Counted from the stretch's first letter, positions 1-10,465 are shown. The stretch: DNA of 64,000 nt from Oculina patagonica (GCF_052425735.1 NC_135767.1:15562001-15626000); one strand, 5' to 3'. The notes: generated from the sequence alone by a model not told the origin. A program made the numbers and translations.

Positions 1-1080
1 ACAGTGCTTTCTGTTTTAATCTGTTGCGTGTTTATTGTATTTTTTTCTTAATACCCAAAGCAACCAGCACAACTTTTAATAGCTTATCTAAAAAGGAAAC
101 ACTACTCAGAAAATCTCTTACAAGGTACCTAAAATTTTGAAACAAATATTTGTCTACAGTTAAAAAGAAAAGGGAAAACTATTGGGATTAAGTTTATCGT
201 TCTCAGTCGCGATACGATATTGAAATTTTGTTGCTCTATTAGAAGTTGCTACATGAAGTGACTGCTTAAACAGTGTCCCGAAATATCTTAAATTATGTGC
301 ACATATACTTTAGTTTTTTTTTAGTTTTTTGCTTCTCGCAGCGCCTCCGTCACTTTCAAAAAGAACCACGAACAGATGCTTGGAAGAAAAAAAATGTTTA
401 TTATTCACATGATGCTCAAGTCGACGTTTACGTGCGTTTTCCCTTGCATTTATATGGTGAATTACGACACAATTACAAGACCATTCTCATCAACAATTAA
501 TAGGGTATAATGGTGAAGCTACTAGGCTGACGTGATGAGAGCGTATTTACAATTACTGAACTGTTCAACCGGTCACTCTTAATGACAATTATAGCCCACA
601 ATGAGCGTACTGAAATGTTATATTTGTAGCAAGAGGACATTTACTGTCCCGATAACTCGAACCTACAAGGAAAATCGGAAAAGGTTCGAGTTATCGCGGG
701 CAAAATTAATTCTAAAATCAATGATCTCTTCGAGATATCGACTTTTTTGCATGAAGTTAGTATGAGTAGAAGGTTTATCCTGGGCATTGTTGTTCGAACA
801 TATCATGGAAGAATTCAAACGTCTGTCAGTTCAAGCATTTTTTTTTTATTTTCGCGGAGTAAATGCTGTATTTGTCAGTCGCGACTTTAGGCCACTGCAC
901 CTCCTTATAAGATAAACAACAATAATAATAGTAGAAAAAAAAATGAACAAATAAAACAATTACATATAAAAGATGATGCATCCAAAAAATGAAGTTTCAT
1001 AGTGTAAATCTAACAGCCTCCGTTAATAAGTCTTCGTATATTTATGTTATCTTTTAATAGCATTATTATTTTATTTTCAG

Positions 1081-3704
1081 GCACGTGTGGACGACACGTT
1101 AAATTTACTACTGAAAAATATGGCTATGCTCTTCACGGTCACGTGATCAAAAACCTTTCTCTACAAGTGGGTCAGACACGTGATCCTTGCAGAGGTCAAT
1201 GTGTCATGGAGAGGCGCTGCGTGTCAATCAACACCGGTCCACCAATCAACGACAGAATAGTATGCGAACTGAGTGACTCGGATAACTCTTTACACCCTGA
1301 AGATCTTAAACCACGAGTAGGCTTTACCTACATTGGCACTGAGGTGATTTTATTTTCAAAGCTACATTAAAAAATAATCTTCAAAGAGATTGTTAAGGCC
1401 CGACCAAAAACTGGCAGTTTAGATAAACTTTTACTGCTCGGTACTTGACATCTATAAAATGGTAAAACCATAATCTTTAAAGTTAAATGTATACGGTTAA
1501 AATTTCTAGGGGCATTCTAATATATATATACAAATTCATTAAACAACATTTAAGAAAAAAAAAACATATGCCTTAGAAGGTCTATTGAGACCTTTAAAGG
1601 GGTGGGGGCTATTGGAGTGGATTGGAGTGATTTATTCCTTTTTTTTTTCTCTCATTACAGAATCTTTGTAGCAGCAGCCCATGTTTGAACAATGGAACCT
1701 GTCAAGCTGGATTCACTAGTAAAGGTTTTCGTTGTATCTGTCACGCTGGATTCAGTGGAACAAACTGCCATGAAGGTATTTTGAACTGGAAATTATTGTA
1801 TTTTGAACTGGTATTTTGATCAAGGAAAATCAATTTCCCTCATCTCCATTTTATAGCCGAATTTATAGCGAGGTGGCAATGACTACTCTGTTCTAAAGAA
1901 GCTAACATATATTTTTTGTTCTAGCTCTTCCAGCTGCAAAGTCTTGCAAGGAACTGTATGAAGAAAACAAGTAAGTCAAGAAACGTTGAGGTCATTGATA
2001 TCAGAAAGTTAGTTAAAATGTCGTTAATGAATTTGTTACTTAAAAATGACGAACATGTTTTTTCCACATCTAGCGTTGAAAAAGGTGTCAACAAATAGAA
2101 AAGAGCAAATCCGTGCTTCTTATAGCTGGGGTACTTGAGTGATTACCTTATTATAGGAAATTAACGCTTGTGTTAATTAAAAGGTATTTGAAATTAACGC
2201 GACTTAAATTAACGCGAATTGAAGAAAAAATTGCTTCCCAATTAAGGAAATTAACGCGAAAGAGGGGGTAACATTTCAAAATGAAGGAAATTAACGCGAC
2301 AACACAAAGGAGAAAAGAACTTGTTGAGACAACAGGAACAAGTTTACTTCAACACAAAGGAATCTGACCGCCTCGAGCGTACGTTCTTCACAGTTTTAGT
2401 GATCCGGCAGATTTCCACCCTGATGAAATTATGCCTTTTCCTAAGAGTCAAGACGTGTGGACTGTTTCGACAAAATTGGGGCCAAAATAATGGAAATTAA
2501 GGTCATGGAAATTAACGCTCCACTTAATTAACGGTGCGGAAATTAACGTTTACAAAAATTAACGCGACTTAAATTAACGCGAATTTTTGAAATTCGCGTT
2601 AATTTCATGAAGCGTTAATTTCCTATAATAAGGTAGTTTCAGTGTTGTAAAACATTGACATGAAGCAAGTTAGGAAACAGTTGATTCGAAAGCCGTCAAT
2701 AAAAACTAATCTCCGGAGTGATCGAAACGTTAGACCCTTAAAAAAATAAAGCATTTGAAACATGGACCATGGTCGAGGTTATTGGTTACTTTTTTGGTTC
2801 TTTTTTTGTCTACACTATCTCTTGGTAACAGATGTTTTTATATTCAACAGGTCGAGGGTGAGTGAGCTGGTTACGCTCCAATTTGACACAAAACCAACTT
2901 CCGTTTTCTGTCACTTTGGAGATTTCGGATGTGGAGATGGGGGATGGACGCCAGTCATGAAGACAGACGGCGACAAGGTATGGCATTTAAGAGAACATGT
3001 CAAATTTCTTCCTAAATGCGCTTTTTTCATGTAATTGCAATTTATGGAGCAAAAGCAACCTGAATCGAGCATAACTGCGCATGATTTAGGATTTTAGGTA
3101 TTTTAGCTTAATGGTCAGCCTTTCTAATGGCGCAGAATCCTGATTTCTGAAATAACATAATTATGAAGACTAAGGGGAATTTTCCTTTTTTCAGAGCACT
3201 TTTCATTATGGCTCGGAGTACTGGAGCGATAAAAATGAATACAATCTTCAAGGAGGGGAGACTGGGTTTGATACAAAAGAGACCAAGTTACCGATCTACT
3301 GGAACACATCCTTCTCCAAGATTTGTCTCGGAATGAAGATCGGCCAACAGATCAACTTCATTGTCATTAACAAGCAGGCCAACTCTCTGTACTTACTGAT
3401 CGCTGACGGGCAATACCGGGCCACCTCACTGGGTCGTAACACGTGGAAGACGCTGATTGGTTCAGAGGCCTCTTTGCAGTACAAATGTAACAAAGAAGGA
3501 TTCAATGCTAACGGCACATATTCCAAGGCAAGAATCGGTATTGTTGCAAACAAACAAAGCAATTGTGACAATTGCAACTCAAGGATCGGGTTTGGTACAG
3601 GAGGAAACCCTGATATTTACCTCACGTGTGGAAATGCAGCAAAATATGACCCAGATAATGGAGAAAAATACATCAAAGCCATGGGATACATTCTGGTGCA
3701 ATGA
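1081..3704 (+). CDS. Multi-exon secreted protein: PAN/apple-like + EGF + coral 'uncharacterized skeletal organic matrix protein 5'-like domain (5' exon not located)
   Basis: GT-AG exons 1081-1343, 1661-1775 (EGF: [34 protein letters not shown]), 1925-1970, 2851-2977 ([14 protein letters not shown]), 3195-3704 ([14 protein letters not shown]...[11 protein letters not shown]...KAMGYILVQ) join in phase; AATAAA ~3724/3737. Confidence 0.8.
2144..2635. mobile_element. TA-flanked MITE in intron
   Basis: TIRs taccttattataggaaattaacgc / gcgttaatttcctataataaggta; internal AAATTAACGC repeats. Confidence 0.75.
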
Positions 3705-4638
3705 GAAGCAAAATAATCAGGATAATAAAGGGGTCAATAAACATTTACAGACTGCTTTGAAGCATGCCAGATGTAAATTTTAAATACGTAATTAAAACCG
3801 TAAGACTAACAAATTCAAACCCATAGATTAAAGGGACTATGCCACGGATTGTAACAGATTTTTGAACGACTAAAATTTTTATTTGAAACTTAAAAATAAT
3901 TGCCCATTTTTATTAACAAATTCTATTTTCAGCGCTAAAACTGTTTAGAAAATAGCACAAAGTAAATACGTGCGCTGATTGGTTAAAAATTGTGTTTCTA
4001 TAACTCGATGGAGACACAGACAGTTGTCGTAGACACGGCAATCAATATTCACGGCGCTAAAATAAGCAATGCAAAAATAACAACTAATAATTGTGCCAAA
4101 TTTTAATGTCACAGCTGACAAAAACCAGGTTAAGACTAAACAAATATTTGCAAATTTTAAAACAAGCGAGTAAGATGTTTACAGAGCCCGCTACACATTC
4201 AAAAATAGTCTGTGAAAGAAATTATCGAAGCGGCTGACCTTTCAAAGAAGTATATGAATTGGCGCAACTTCACTCCATTCTAGGCTTTGCAGCACTTCAG
4301 AAGTATTCACAGCTCCTCAACTGGACAAGATATTCGTCCAGAATGCCGAGTCAAACTTCTTTTAACAGAAAAATAATTCACTTTCACCTCCAAGGTTCGA
4401 GTCGCTCGATCGTCGGTCGTCAAACCATTCGGTTAGTTCGATGAACCGAAATAAAACCACAATTCTTGACTCCTTCCAGTGCTGGACTTCAGTTAAACCA
4501 TCGACTTAGTTATTTCTCATAATTACGTTAACTTTGGGGCCTGTTTTCTTTGTTTGTTTGGCCAAACAACGGTGAATTTTAGCCTTGAAGCAAATGTTGA
4601 ACAGTTGATTTATTTCTGTTCATCGACTCCCGTACTAT

Positions 4639-5615
4639 AGTAGTAAGGCACAGCTGTTTAGCAGAATACCAATCACAGTGCAGGGATTATAGCAGATGAC
4701 CAATCACGTTACAGGGATCGGGTCACGTGACAAATAAGTAGTTCAAATTTTTGAGGCTGTGACGTCATCACTCGGACCACCAATCAGCGTTCAATGGCCG
4801 TTTATTACGTCATCATTGGCCGCGCGAGGCCTGGAACCGAGTTGACACGCGGGACGTCTGCGGGACCCGAGTAATCCCGCGCCCTATCTTAGCAAGACCA
4901 CCATCCTCGCAAACTGCCATGCTGTCCTTGTGGTATCTGAAACTAAATACTTGGCACTTAACGCATGCGCAGAGTAGTCTACGCGATTCACTCACAGAGT
5001 TAGCAAGCCGACCATCCTTTATATATGGTTCACAAACGGCCATGCTGCCCTTGTGGTATCTGAAACTAAATACTTGGCACTAAACGCATGCGCAGTTGAG
5101 TCTACGCGATTCACTCACAGAGTTAGCAAGCTGACCATCCTTTATATATGGTTCGCAAACGGCCATACTGTCCTTGTGGTATCTGAAACTCGATACTTGG
5201 CACTTAACGCATGCGCAGAGTAGTCTACGCGATTCACTCACAGAGTTAGCAAGCCGACCATCCTTTATATATGGTTCACAAACGGCCAGGCTATCCTTGT
5301 GGTATCTAAAACTAAATACTGTGCACTAAACGCATGCGCAGATTAGTCTATGCGATACACTTGCACTAAATAATGAGTTACCCCTCTTATGAAGACCCCA
5401 AAGGTATATAGGCTTTCCTTGTGGTATCTGAAACTAAACATTTTGCACTACACGCATGCGCAGTTGAGTCTATATTGCTTTTTCTAAGAATTTGGGTCGG
5501 CGATTCAGAGAAAACGCACGCTTGTAAAGCTATTTTTTAAAAAATCACGTGAGAGAGAGGGGGATGGGGGTATCCCCCTTTCTCGGGTGTACTGGGAACG
5601 AGTAAGAGAGTTTTG
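4639..5615 (+). repeat. Left terminal inverted repeat (977 bp)
   Basis: Reverse complement of 24433-25409; only one mismatch noticed (5335 vs 24713). Confidence 0.95.
4926..5470. repeat. ~4.5 tandem copies of a 123-bp unit within the left TIR (mirrored in the right TIR)
   Basis: CCTTGTGGTATCT recurs at 4926, 5049, 5172, 5295, 5417. Confidence 0.9.
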
Positions 5616-5703
5616 TTTGTTTGCTCAAGTCGGTGATCGAATGCACATACGACAACATGTAAACGTTCAACCTGTTCTTTATTGTGTTTAACGTTACACA
5701 ACA

Positions 5704-6069
5704 TTAAAGTTTCAACTTTTTCTTGGCTTGCATGATTCGTTTGACAATGCGTTCCGTCATGGTTTTACTTCCAGGTAATTTGTTGATGGCTTTAATCATT
5801 TTCTCGTCGGCTTTCCACTTGTCCCTTAGATTCTTGGCGTGACTGTAATCGATGTCGTGCTGTTTGGCGATCTTGTCTAATCGATTGATGCCCGGGTCCC
5901 CGCGTTTCAATCGCTTTGCCAATTTGGTTCCGGGACCCATGTACTGATAACCGGGCCAGTGAAATTCGATTCCAGTCTTCCCGAGCCACTTCTGAATGTC
6001 GATCCCACGTCCGCGTTGTCGTCGCCGTGTCGTCTTTTTTTCAGTCCTCTTCTTCTTGGTCTTCGTCAT
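5704..6069 (-). CDS. Parvovirus VP1u-type phospholipase A2 with basic N-terminal leader (PLA2X-like)
   Basis: Ca-binding loop PGYQYMGPG, catalytic LDKIAKQHDIDY and downstream AD; Arg-rich leader ending QRGRG. Confidence 0.88.
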   Translation of the reverse strand: MTKTKKKRTEKKTTRRRQRGRGIDIQKWLGKTGIEFHWPGYQYMGPGTKLAKRLKRGDPGINRLDKIAKQHDIDYSHAKNLRDKWKADEKMIKAINKLPGSKTMTERIVKRIMQAKKKLKL

Positions 6070-6643
6070 ACTCCAATTTTCGTCTCAACTTTTTGCCTTT
6101 GGCCCAATCTTCCCAACCGGGTAATGGTTTCAGTTTCTCGGCTTCCGTTTTTCGCACAGCTGGCTTTTTCCTCGTCTTTAGTTTCTCTTCTAAACTCTTG
6201 AATCTCTCTGCCAATGTCGGTTTGCCCGCAGGTGCCGATTTTGCTTTCTTTGTCGCCTTCGGGGTGACTGTGGGAGGTGATTTCTTGGCACTCCCTTTTA
6301 TGAGTTGTTTCAACATGGTCTCCACGGGTCCCGTCACCAAACCTACATTCTCCAACTCCTCCTCCTCCTCCTCCTCCGCTTCTTCGCCCGGCCGTCTGGC
6401 TGTTACTCCTCCCATGGGAAATTGACGTATCCGTTTGGTCAAACGAGCCCGTTCGCGAGCGAGAGGTTTCACTCGTGCCACGGCGATACCGTCGGGAACG
6501 GATTTATCTTTTAACAGCAAGTGACTTTCGGCTGCTATGCGAGCCGCTTTGTTCAACAATGCATTGTCCGTGATTTCGCCTTTGTAATATTGCACCAAAC
6601 GATTCAAGTCTTTAGCGGGAACCATCACGACTTCCTCGGTCAT
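6041..6643 (-). CDS. Polinton hypothetical protein (200 aa, Glu tract, Lys-rich C-terminus)
   Basis: ATG ORF tiling with neighbours in the minus-strand cluster. Confidence 0.7.
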   Translation of the reverse strand: MTEEVVMVPAKDLNRLVQYYKGEITDNALLNKAARIAAESHLLLKDKSVPDGIAVARVKPLARERARLTKRIRQFPMGGVTARRPGEEAEEEEEEELENVGLVTGPVETMLKQLIKGSAKKSPPTVTPKATKKAKSAPAGKPTLAERFKSLEEKLKTRKKPAVRKTEAEKLKPLPGWEDWAKGKKLRRKLEYDEDQEEED

Positions 6644-7004
6644 CTTTGAAGTATTCTTCCAACAAGCTTTCGTAACACCCTTGCCAGTAACGAACTTCCT
6701 CTTCTAACTTGTCTATGCGCCTTTTCAAGTCGCTTCTCGATGTACACTTGTCGCTACACTCCTTGCACAGTACTAGGGTCTTTCCTTCCGGAGTCTCTTG
6801 CCTCTCTCGAATGCAATCTTCGCACTCTGCGTCGTATTTTAAAGCCAAATAGTCATGATTGACGCGGGCGTAGGCTTCGTGCCAGTGGTCTGCTCTTTTT
6901 TCCCACTCTGCTTCTCTGTCCGCCGATTCGCGTAACATCTTCATCATTGTCTGGAGGGTGTTTTGCAGAGACATGCTTGGTAGATCTGTTGCAGTCCTTT
7001 CCAA
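6612..7004 (-). CDS. Polinton hypothetical coiled-coil protein with CxxC...CxxC
   Basis: CEDC and CKEC motifs; heptad-like LKRRIDKLEEEV; start uncertain. Confidence 0.6.
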   Translation of the reverse strand: MERTATDLPSMSLQNTLQTMMKMLRESADREAEWEKRADHWHEAYARVNHDYLALKYDAECEDCIRERQETPEGKTLVLCKECSDKCTSRSDLKRRIDKLEEEVRYWQGCYESLLEEYFKDDRGSRDGSR

Positions 7005-7279
7005 AACCCGCTACCCTTCTGTGACAGGAGACCTTCTCGCCTTCTCTTCAACGAGTTTCTGCGCTTACCCAGTTCGCGCAAGACCTTCTTATATCGTCGC
7101 AGCTTGGCGGTGATCGGTGGACTGAGCGGAATGCGGTTCTTGAGCAAATTCAATACCATCTCACTCACGGCGTTGATCTGATCGGCGTTGGCGTGCTGTA
7201 ACATCTCTTCTCGCTTGAACCGATTGGCTTCTCTCAGAATGCTCTCCAAGAACGGACGCTGTCGACGTAATCGATTCAT
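6944..7279 (-). CDS. Conserved small basic Polinton core-like protein (PW/gasderminX-like)
   Basis: NAVSEMVLNLLKNRIPL...KLRRYKKVLREL...QKGSGF pattern typical of Maverick small core ORFs; ATG 7279 overlaps upstream TGA (ATGA). Confidence 0.7.
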   Translation of the reverse strand: MNRLRRQRPFLESILREANRFKREEMLQHANADQINAVSEMVLNLLKNRIPLSPPITAKLRRYKKVLRELGKRRNSLKRRREGLLSQKGSGFWKGLQQIYQACLCKTPSRQ

Positions 7280-7479
7280 ACTTCCCACGGGGCTGGACGT
7301 CGGTTGTAACTACCGGTGACGCCCTTTGCCCCCATCCTCTTATAGCGTTTGTCCTTTCCCAATTTATAACCTAACTTGCCGGCAAACTTGAGTATGTCCA
7401 ATAAACCCTCTCCTCTCCACACGGGTCCTCTTTTAGGTTGTTTTCGTCTTCTCCTTATTATCTTTCTTCCTCGCACCAT
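7276..7479 (-). CDS. Small Arg-rich core-like protein with RGEG site and amphipathic helix
   Basis: RRRRKQPKRG...WRGEG/LLDILKFAGKLGYKLGK. Confidence 0.65.
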   Translation of the reverse strand: MVRGRKIIRRRRKQPKRGPVWRGEGLLDILKFAGKLGYKLGKDKRYKRMGAKGVTGSYNRRPAPWEV

Positions 7480-7547
7480 CTTGTCACAGAATGCAGTCTG
7501 TTGTAACTACCGGTGACGCCCAATGCCCCCATCCTCTTATAGTGTTT

Positions 7548-7754
7548 TTATCTCTTTTTCTTTCGAGTGGCTGCATCCAAGGCTTTCTTTGCACCCCAAC
7601 CTGCAGCACCCGATGCAGCACCCAAAGCGATTGCTTTTCCACCCGCGATCAAAGCTGGTATCAAGGCTGCTAAGGGTAAAATACCACCCTTCTGTCCTAT
7701 TCTTCTCCTGCCAGCACGTCTCCGCCTTTGCGTCACACGTTTCTTTCTCCTCAT
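7548..7754 (-). CDS. Adenovirus pX(mu)-like basic core precursor
   Basis: Arg tract, then QKGG/ILPLAALIPALIAGG, resembling adenovirus pX MRGG/ILPLLIPLIAAAIG. Confidence 0.7.
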   Translation of the reverse strand: MRRKKRVTQRRRRAGRRRIGQKGGILPLAALIPALIAGGKAIALGAASGAAGWGAKKALDAATRKKKR

Positions 7755-7758
7755 GGCC

Positions 7759-7980
7759 CTATCGTCGTCGCGGTCTACGTCTATAATGATTTACATTATC
7801 CATTATCCCTTTAAATCCTTGACTGGCCAATTTACCACCCAACGTGAAGAATGTGGGTGAAGGACCCGAGAGAAACATGCTGGCCCCCTCGGCTATCTTG
7901 TCCACCAAACGATGTTTACGTCTCGCGAGAGCCCCACCTCGCTGCCTCTTTCTTCTGGCCTTACGTTTCGTTCTTCCCAT
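7759..7980 (-). CDS. Small Arg-rich core-like protein
   Basis: RKRQRGG/AL motif, amphipathic middle segment, basic tail. Confidence 0.65.
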   Translation of the reverse strand: MGRTKRKARRKRQRGGALARRKHRLVDKIAEGASMFLSGPSPTFFTLGGKLASQGFKGIMDNVNHYRRRPRRR

Positions 7981-7998
7981 CCTACCATAACTGTCACT

Positions 7999-8493
7999 TC
8001 AGACGGGGGTACCTTCGGATTTATCGTGTTGTCGTTCGTACGCTTGCACGTACTTGTCGGCCACGGGCGGCGTGAAATCGGTGATCGTGTCATCTAGAGT
8101 TTGCATCTTGATCAAGAATCCTTCTAGTTCGTTCATCGGAAGACCGCGCGCGTACGTTCTCAATTCGATCAACGTCTTGTCGTAGCTGGTGTAGGCAAAA
8201 CGACATACGTCCACTTTGAACGAATATTTCTTGAAATCGTTCCAGCCCTTGACGACAGTCCCAGCTGAAGTTAGGCATGCCACAATAACACTATTTTCTG
8301 TAAGGGAACCCGCAATGACACCCGCTGCCACGATGAACAAAGCCAAAGCATTCAATGAAGCATGACACCACTTAAAATGGTAAAACATTTGACGATGACA
8401 CCACCACTTTTTGTGGTAAAAGTTATACAATCCGTCCAATCTGTGTAACAGGTCTGGATCCAAGTTCGTCTTCGAACCGTTTAGTAGGGACAT
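7999..8493 (-). CDS. Two-TM membrane protein, SLATT-like
   Basis: Hydrophobic hairpin LNALALFIVAAGVIAG...VIVACLTSAGTVV flanked by aromatic/basic helices (FKKYSFKVDVCRFAYTSYDKTL). Confidence 0.55.
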   Translation of the reverse strand: MSLLNGSKTNLDPDLLHRLDGLYNFYHKKWWCHRQMFYHFKWCHASLNALALFIVAAGVIAGSLTENSVIVACLTSAGTVVKGWNDFKKYSFKVDVCRFAYTSYDKTLIELRTYARGLPMNELEGFLIKMQTLDDTITDFTPPVADKYVQAYERQHDKSEGTPV

Positions 8494-8495
8494 CT

Positions 8496-8897
8496 TTAAT
8501 GGCTCACTCTCGTCGAGGTACGACGAACGGTCGGTCGTCCCCCGTCTTTATAGGTCGTAGTGATGGTGTTTGTCGTGGTGATGCCTGCGATGCGACGTCC
8601 AGCCGCCACTTGACGTTGATCATTTAACAGCATTTGCAATTGACGTTGCATGTCGTCTTGATTCAATTGGTGTGGACCACCCGTTAGCGTTCCTTGACCT
8701 GCAGGTACGTTAGACCTCGAGGAAGAAGGTCTCAAAGTCCCCGTACCCACTGCAGGAGACGGTAATTGATCCAAGTACCGTCTTAGGACTATGGGGTCGA
8801 TTCGATCCAATGTCTGTTCCAATCCCCCTCGGTTGACGTTGACGATCGGAATGGCACTAGGACTGGTTCCTACTCCTGCTGGCGAATGTCTTGACAT
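8496..8897 (-). CDS. Polinton hypothetical protein (133 aa, low complexity)
   Basis: ATG ORF abutting neighbours. Confidence 0.55.
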   Translation of the reverse strand: MSRHSPAGVGTSPSAIPIVNVNRGGLEQTLDRIDPIVLRRYLDQLPSPAVGTGTLRPSSSRSNVPAGQGTLTGGPHQLNQDDMQRQLQMLLNDQRQVAAGRRIAGITTTNTITTTYKDGGRPTVRRTSTRVSH

Positions 8898-9109
8898 GTT
8901 TTTCTAGCTCTCTCTTCTAGTGTCTGGATCAATTCGCTGAAGTAAGTCTCGTTATATTCTCTCACGAATTTCCACATCTGTCGCTTTTTGGCCAAATGTA
9001 GCACGGTTTGCATGGCGTCGTAGTCCATGTCCTCTTCTCTCATACGCTCGAAATGACGACTGCACAGGTCCAAGAACGCGAGCCACACGTGATCGTTACG
9101 TACGAACAT
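8870..9109 (-). CDS. Polinton hypothetical protein (79 aa)
   Basis: ATG ORF filling the gap downstream of the ATPase. Confidence 0.5.
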   Translation of the reverse strand: MFVRNDHVWLAFLDLCSRHFERMREEDMDYDAMQTVLHLAKKRQMWKFVREYNETYFSELIQTLEERARKTCQDIRQQE

Positions 9110-9761
9110 CTCGAACGAATCTGTAACATCTCATGCATCCCTCGCCTTTTAAGAGGTGGCTAAAAATCCGTCTGTCGTCGCCACTGGCAGGGTGTAGATC
9201 CAATACCATGTAACCAAAGGGTCTTTCCGTCGTCTTGGTGTAGACGTCCATCACATCTTGCCATCGGGAGGGAAACGCTTGTAACAGTAAATTCCTCATG
9301 CCCAATTGATCGCGAGGGTTCTTGAAAGCCACGATGTAATGCGCATTTCGAGAAATGCTCTTGGCGTATTTTCCCGGCGGAAACATGTCTTGACACAAGT
9401 ACAGGACGGTGATGTTCCTGTGGTGGGAAAGTTTGGTGAACAGATCCAATACTCTCTTGTCGTTTCCTCCTTCTTCCATCAGATCGTCCAATACCATCAC
9501 CCCTCCGCGGGGAAACCATTTGGTCAAATCTACTTCTTCGGGAATCCCTTCGTGAAATTTCACGCCTCGCTTTTTCATGTTCGCGAAACCGTCTTGCCAA
9601 GCCCCAAAACAGTAATGAATGGTCTCAGGGGGTGTACTAAACAACTCTTTTGAGTGATTCAAAAGTACCGACTCGGTAAAACAAGTCTTTCCGCAGCTAG
9701 AGGGGCCCACGATCAAAATGCTAGAGGGCATCCGAAAGCTAAAGGCTTCACCGCGCTCCAT
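9096..9761 (-). CDS. A32/FtsK-like genome packaging ATPase
   Basis: Walker A GPSSCGKT, Walker B MVLDDLM, SHHRN and ISRNAHY motifs; first ATG at 9761. Confidence 0.93.
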   Translation of the reverse strand: MERGEAFSFRMPSSILIVGPSSCGKTCFTESVLLNHSKELFSTPPETIHYCFGAWQDGFANMKKRGVKFHEGIPEEVDLTKWFPRGGVMVLDDLMEEGGNDKRVLDLFTKLSHHRNITVLYLCQDMFPPGKYAKSISRNAHYIVAFKNPRDQLGMRNLLLQAFPSRWQDVMDVYTKTTERPFGYMVLDLHPASGDDRRIFSHLLKGEGCMRCYRFVRDVRT

Positions 9762-9893
9762 GGCGAAATGACATTCGTCAAAAAACGAGCAATGATATAA
9801 GCATGTTGCAGAAAAAAAGTCTGCAACGAATCCCGATCTCCCGAGCGACAGACGACACACACCTTATTCATTTCAACGTTTTTATTTGTCATC

Positions 9894-10463
9894 TCACAAC
9901 AACAAGTGTCTTACACCGCAGAGAGACGGTTCACAATCCTGATGGTATTCCATCTTACAAATTTTGTGCCACGACCTTTCCTTCGAGATCAATTGCTTCA
10001 ACATTTGCCCAACTTTATGATCATTGTACACGTAATCGTGTTTCTTGAATCTCGCTTCGAATTGACTCATGCTACGTCCTTCGGCCCTATCGATGAGATA
10101 CATCAACGCGTAATCGCCGCAGCTCTGACTGTACAACGATTGTAGACTCTGTCCGTTGCGCTCCACGTACTTCCAATGAGCGTCCAACCAATCTTGCAAC
10201 GGTTGCGCCGTCTGGTACACCTCCAGGGGTAAGGCGTAACTGTCCAACACTTCGCACACGTTTCCATTCGTCCACAGAGCGATCCAATGCCGACCGCGCA
10301 TGTAGTGGGGATCGGTGTTGACGATGTACCCGCGGGCTTCCGTCTTGAATGGTTTTCGAGGTAATCGATCGCAGGCCACCGTCCCGTAAAAGTAAGGTTT
10401 CAACGAAGGGTGATGTCTGGCCAGCTGATCCAACTGCACGTTATTCAAAGTCACTTTTTCCAT
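9894..10463 (-). CDS. Adenain-like cysteine protease (PRO)
   Basis: IVNTD...GRHWIAL...LDSY...QSLYSQSCGDY (His/Asp/Gln/Cys); AATAAA downstream at ~9879-9884 (minus strand). Confidence 0.92.
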   Translation of the reverse strand: MEKVTLNNVQLDQLARHHPSLKPYFYGTVACDRLPRKPFKTEARGYIVNTDPHYMRGRHWIALWTNGNVCEVLDSYALPLEVYQTAQPLQDWLDAHWKYVERNGQSLQSLYSQSCGDYALMYLIDRAEGRSMSQFEARFKKHDYVYNDHKVGQMLKQLISKERSWHKICKMEYHQDCEPSLCGVRHLLL

Positions 10464-10465
10464 CA

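Noticed and set aside
4813-5043. 76-aa ORF duplicated at 25005-25235
   Set aside because: Lies in TIR tandem repeats and has no protein motif; the duplication reflects the TIR
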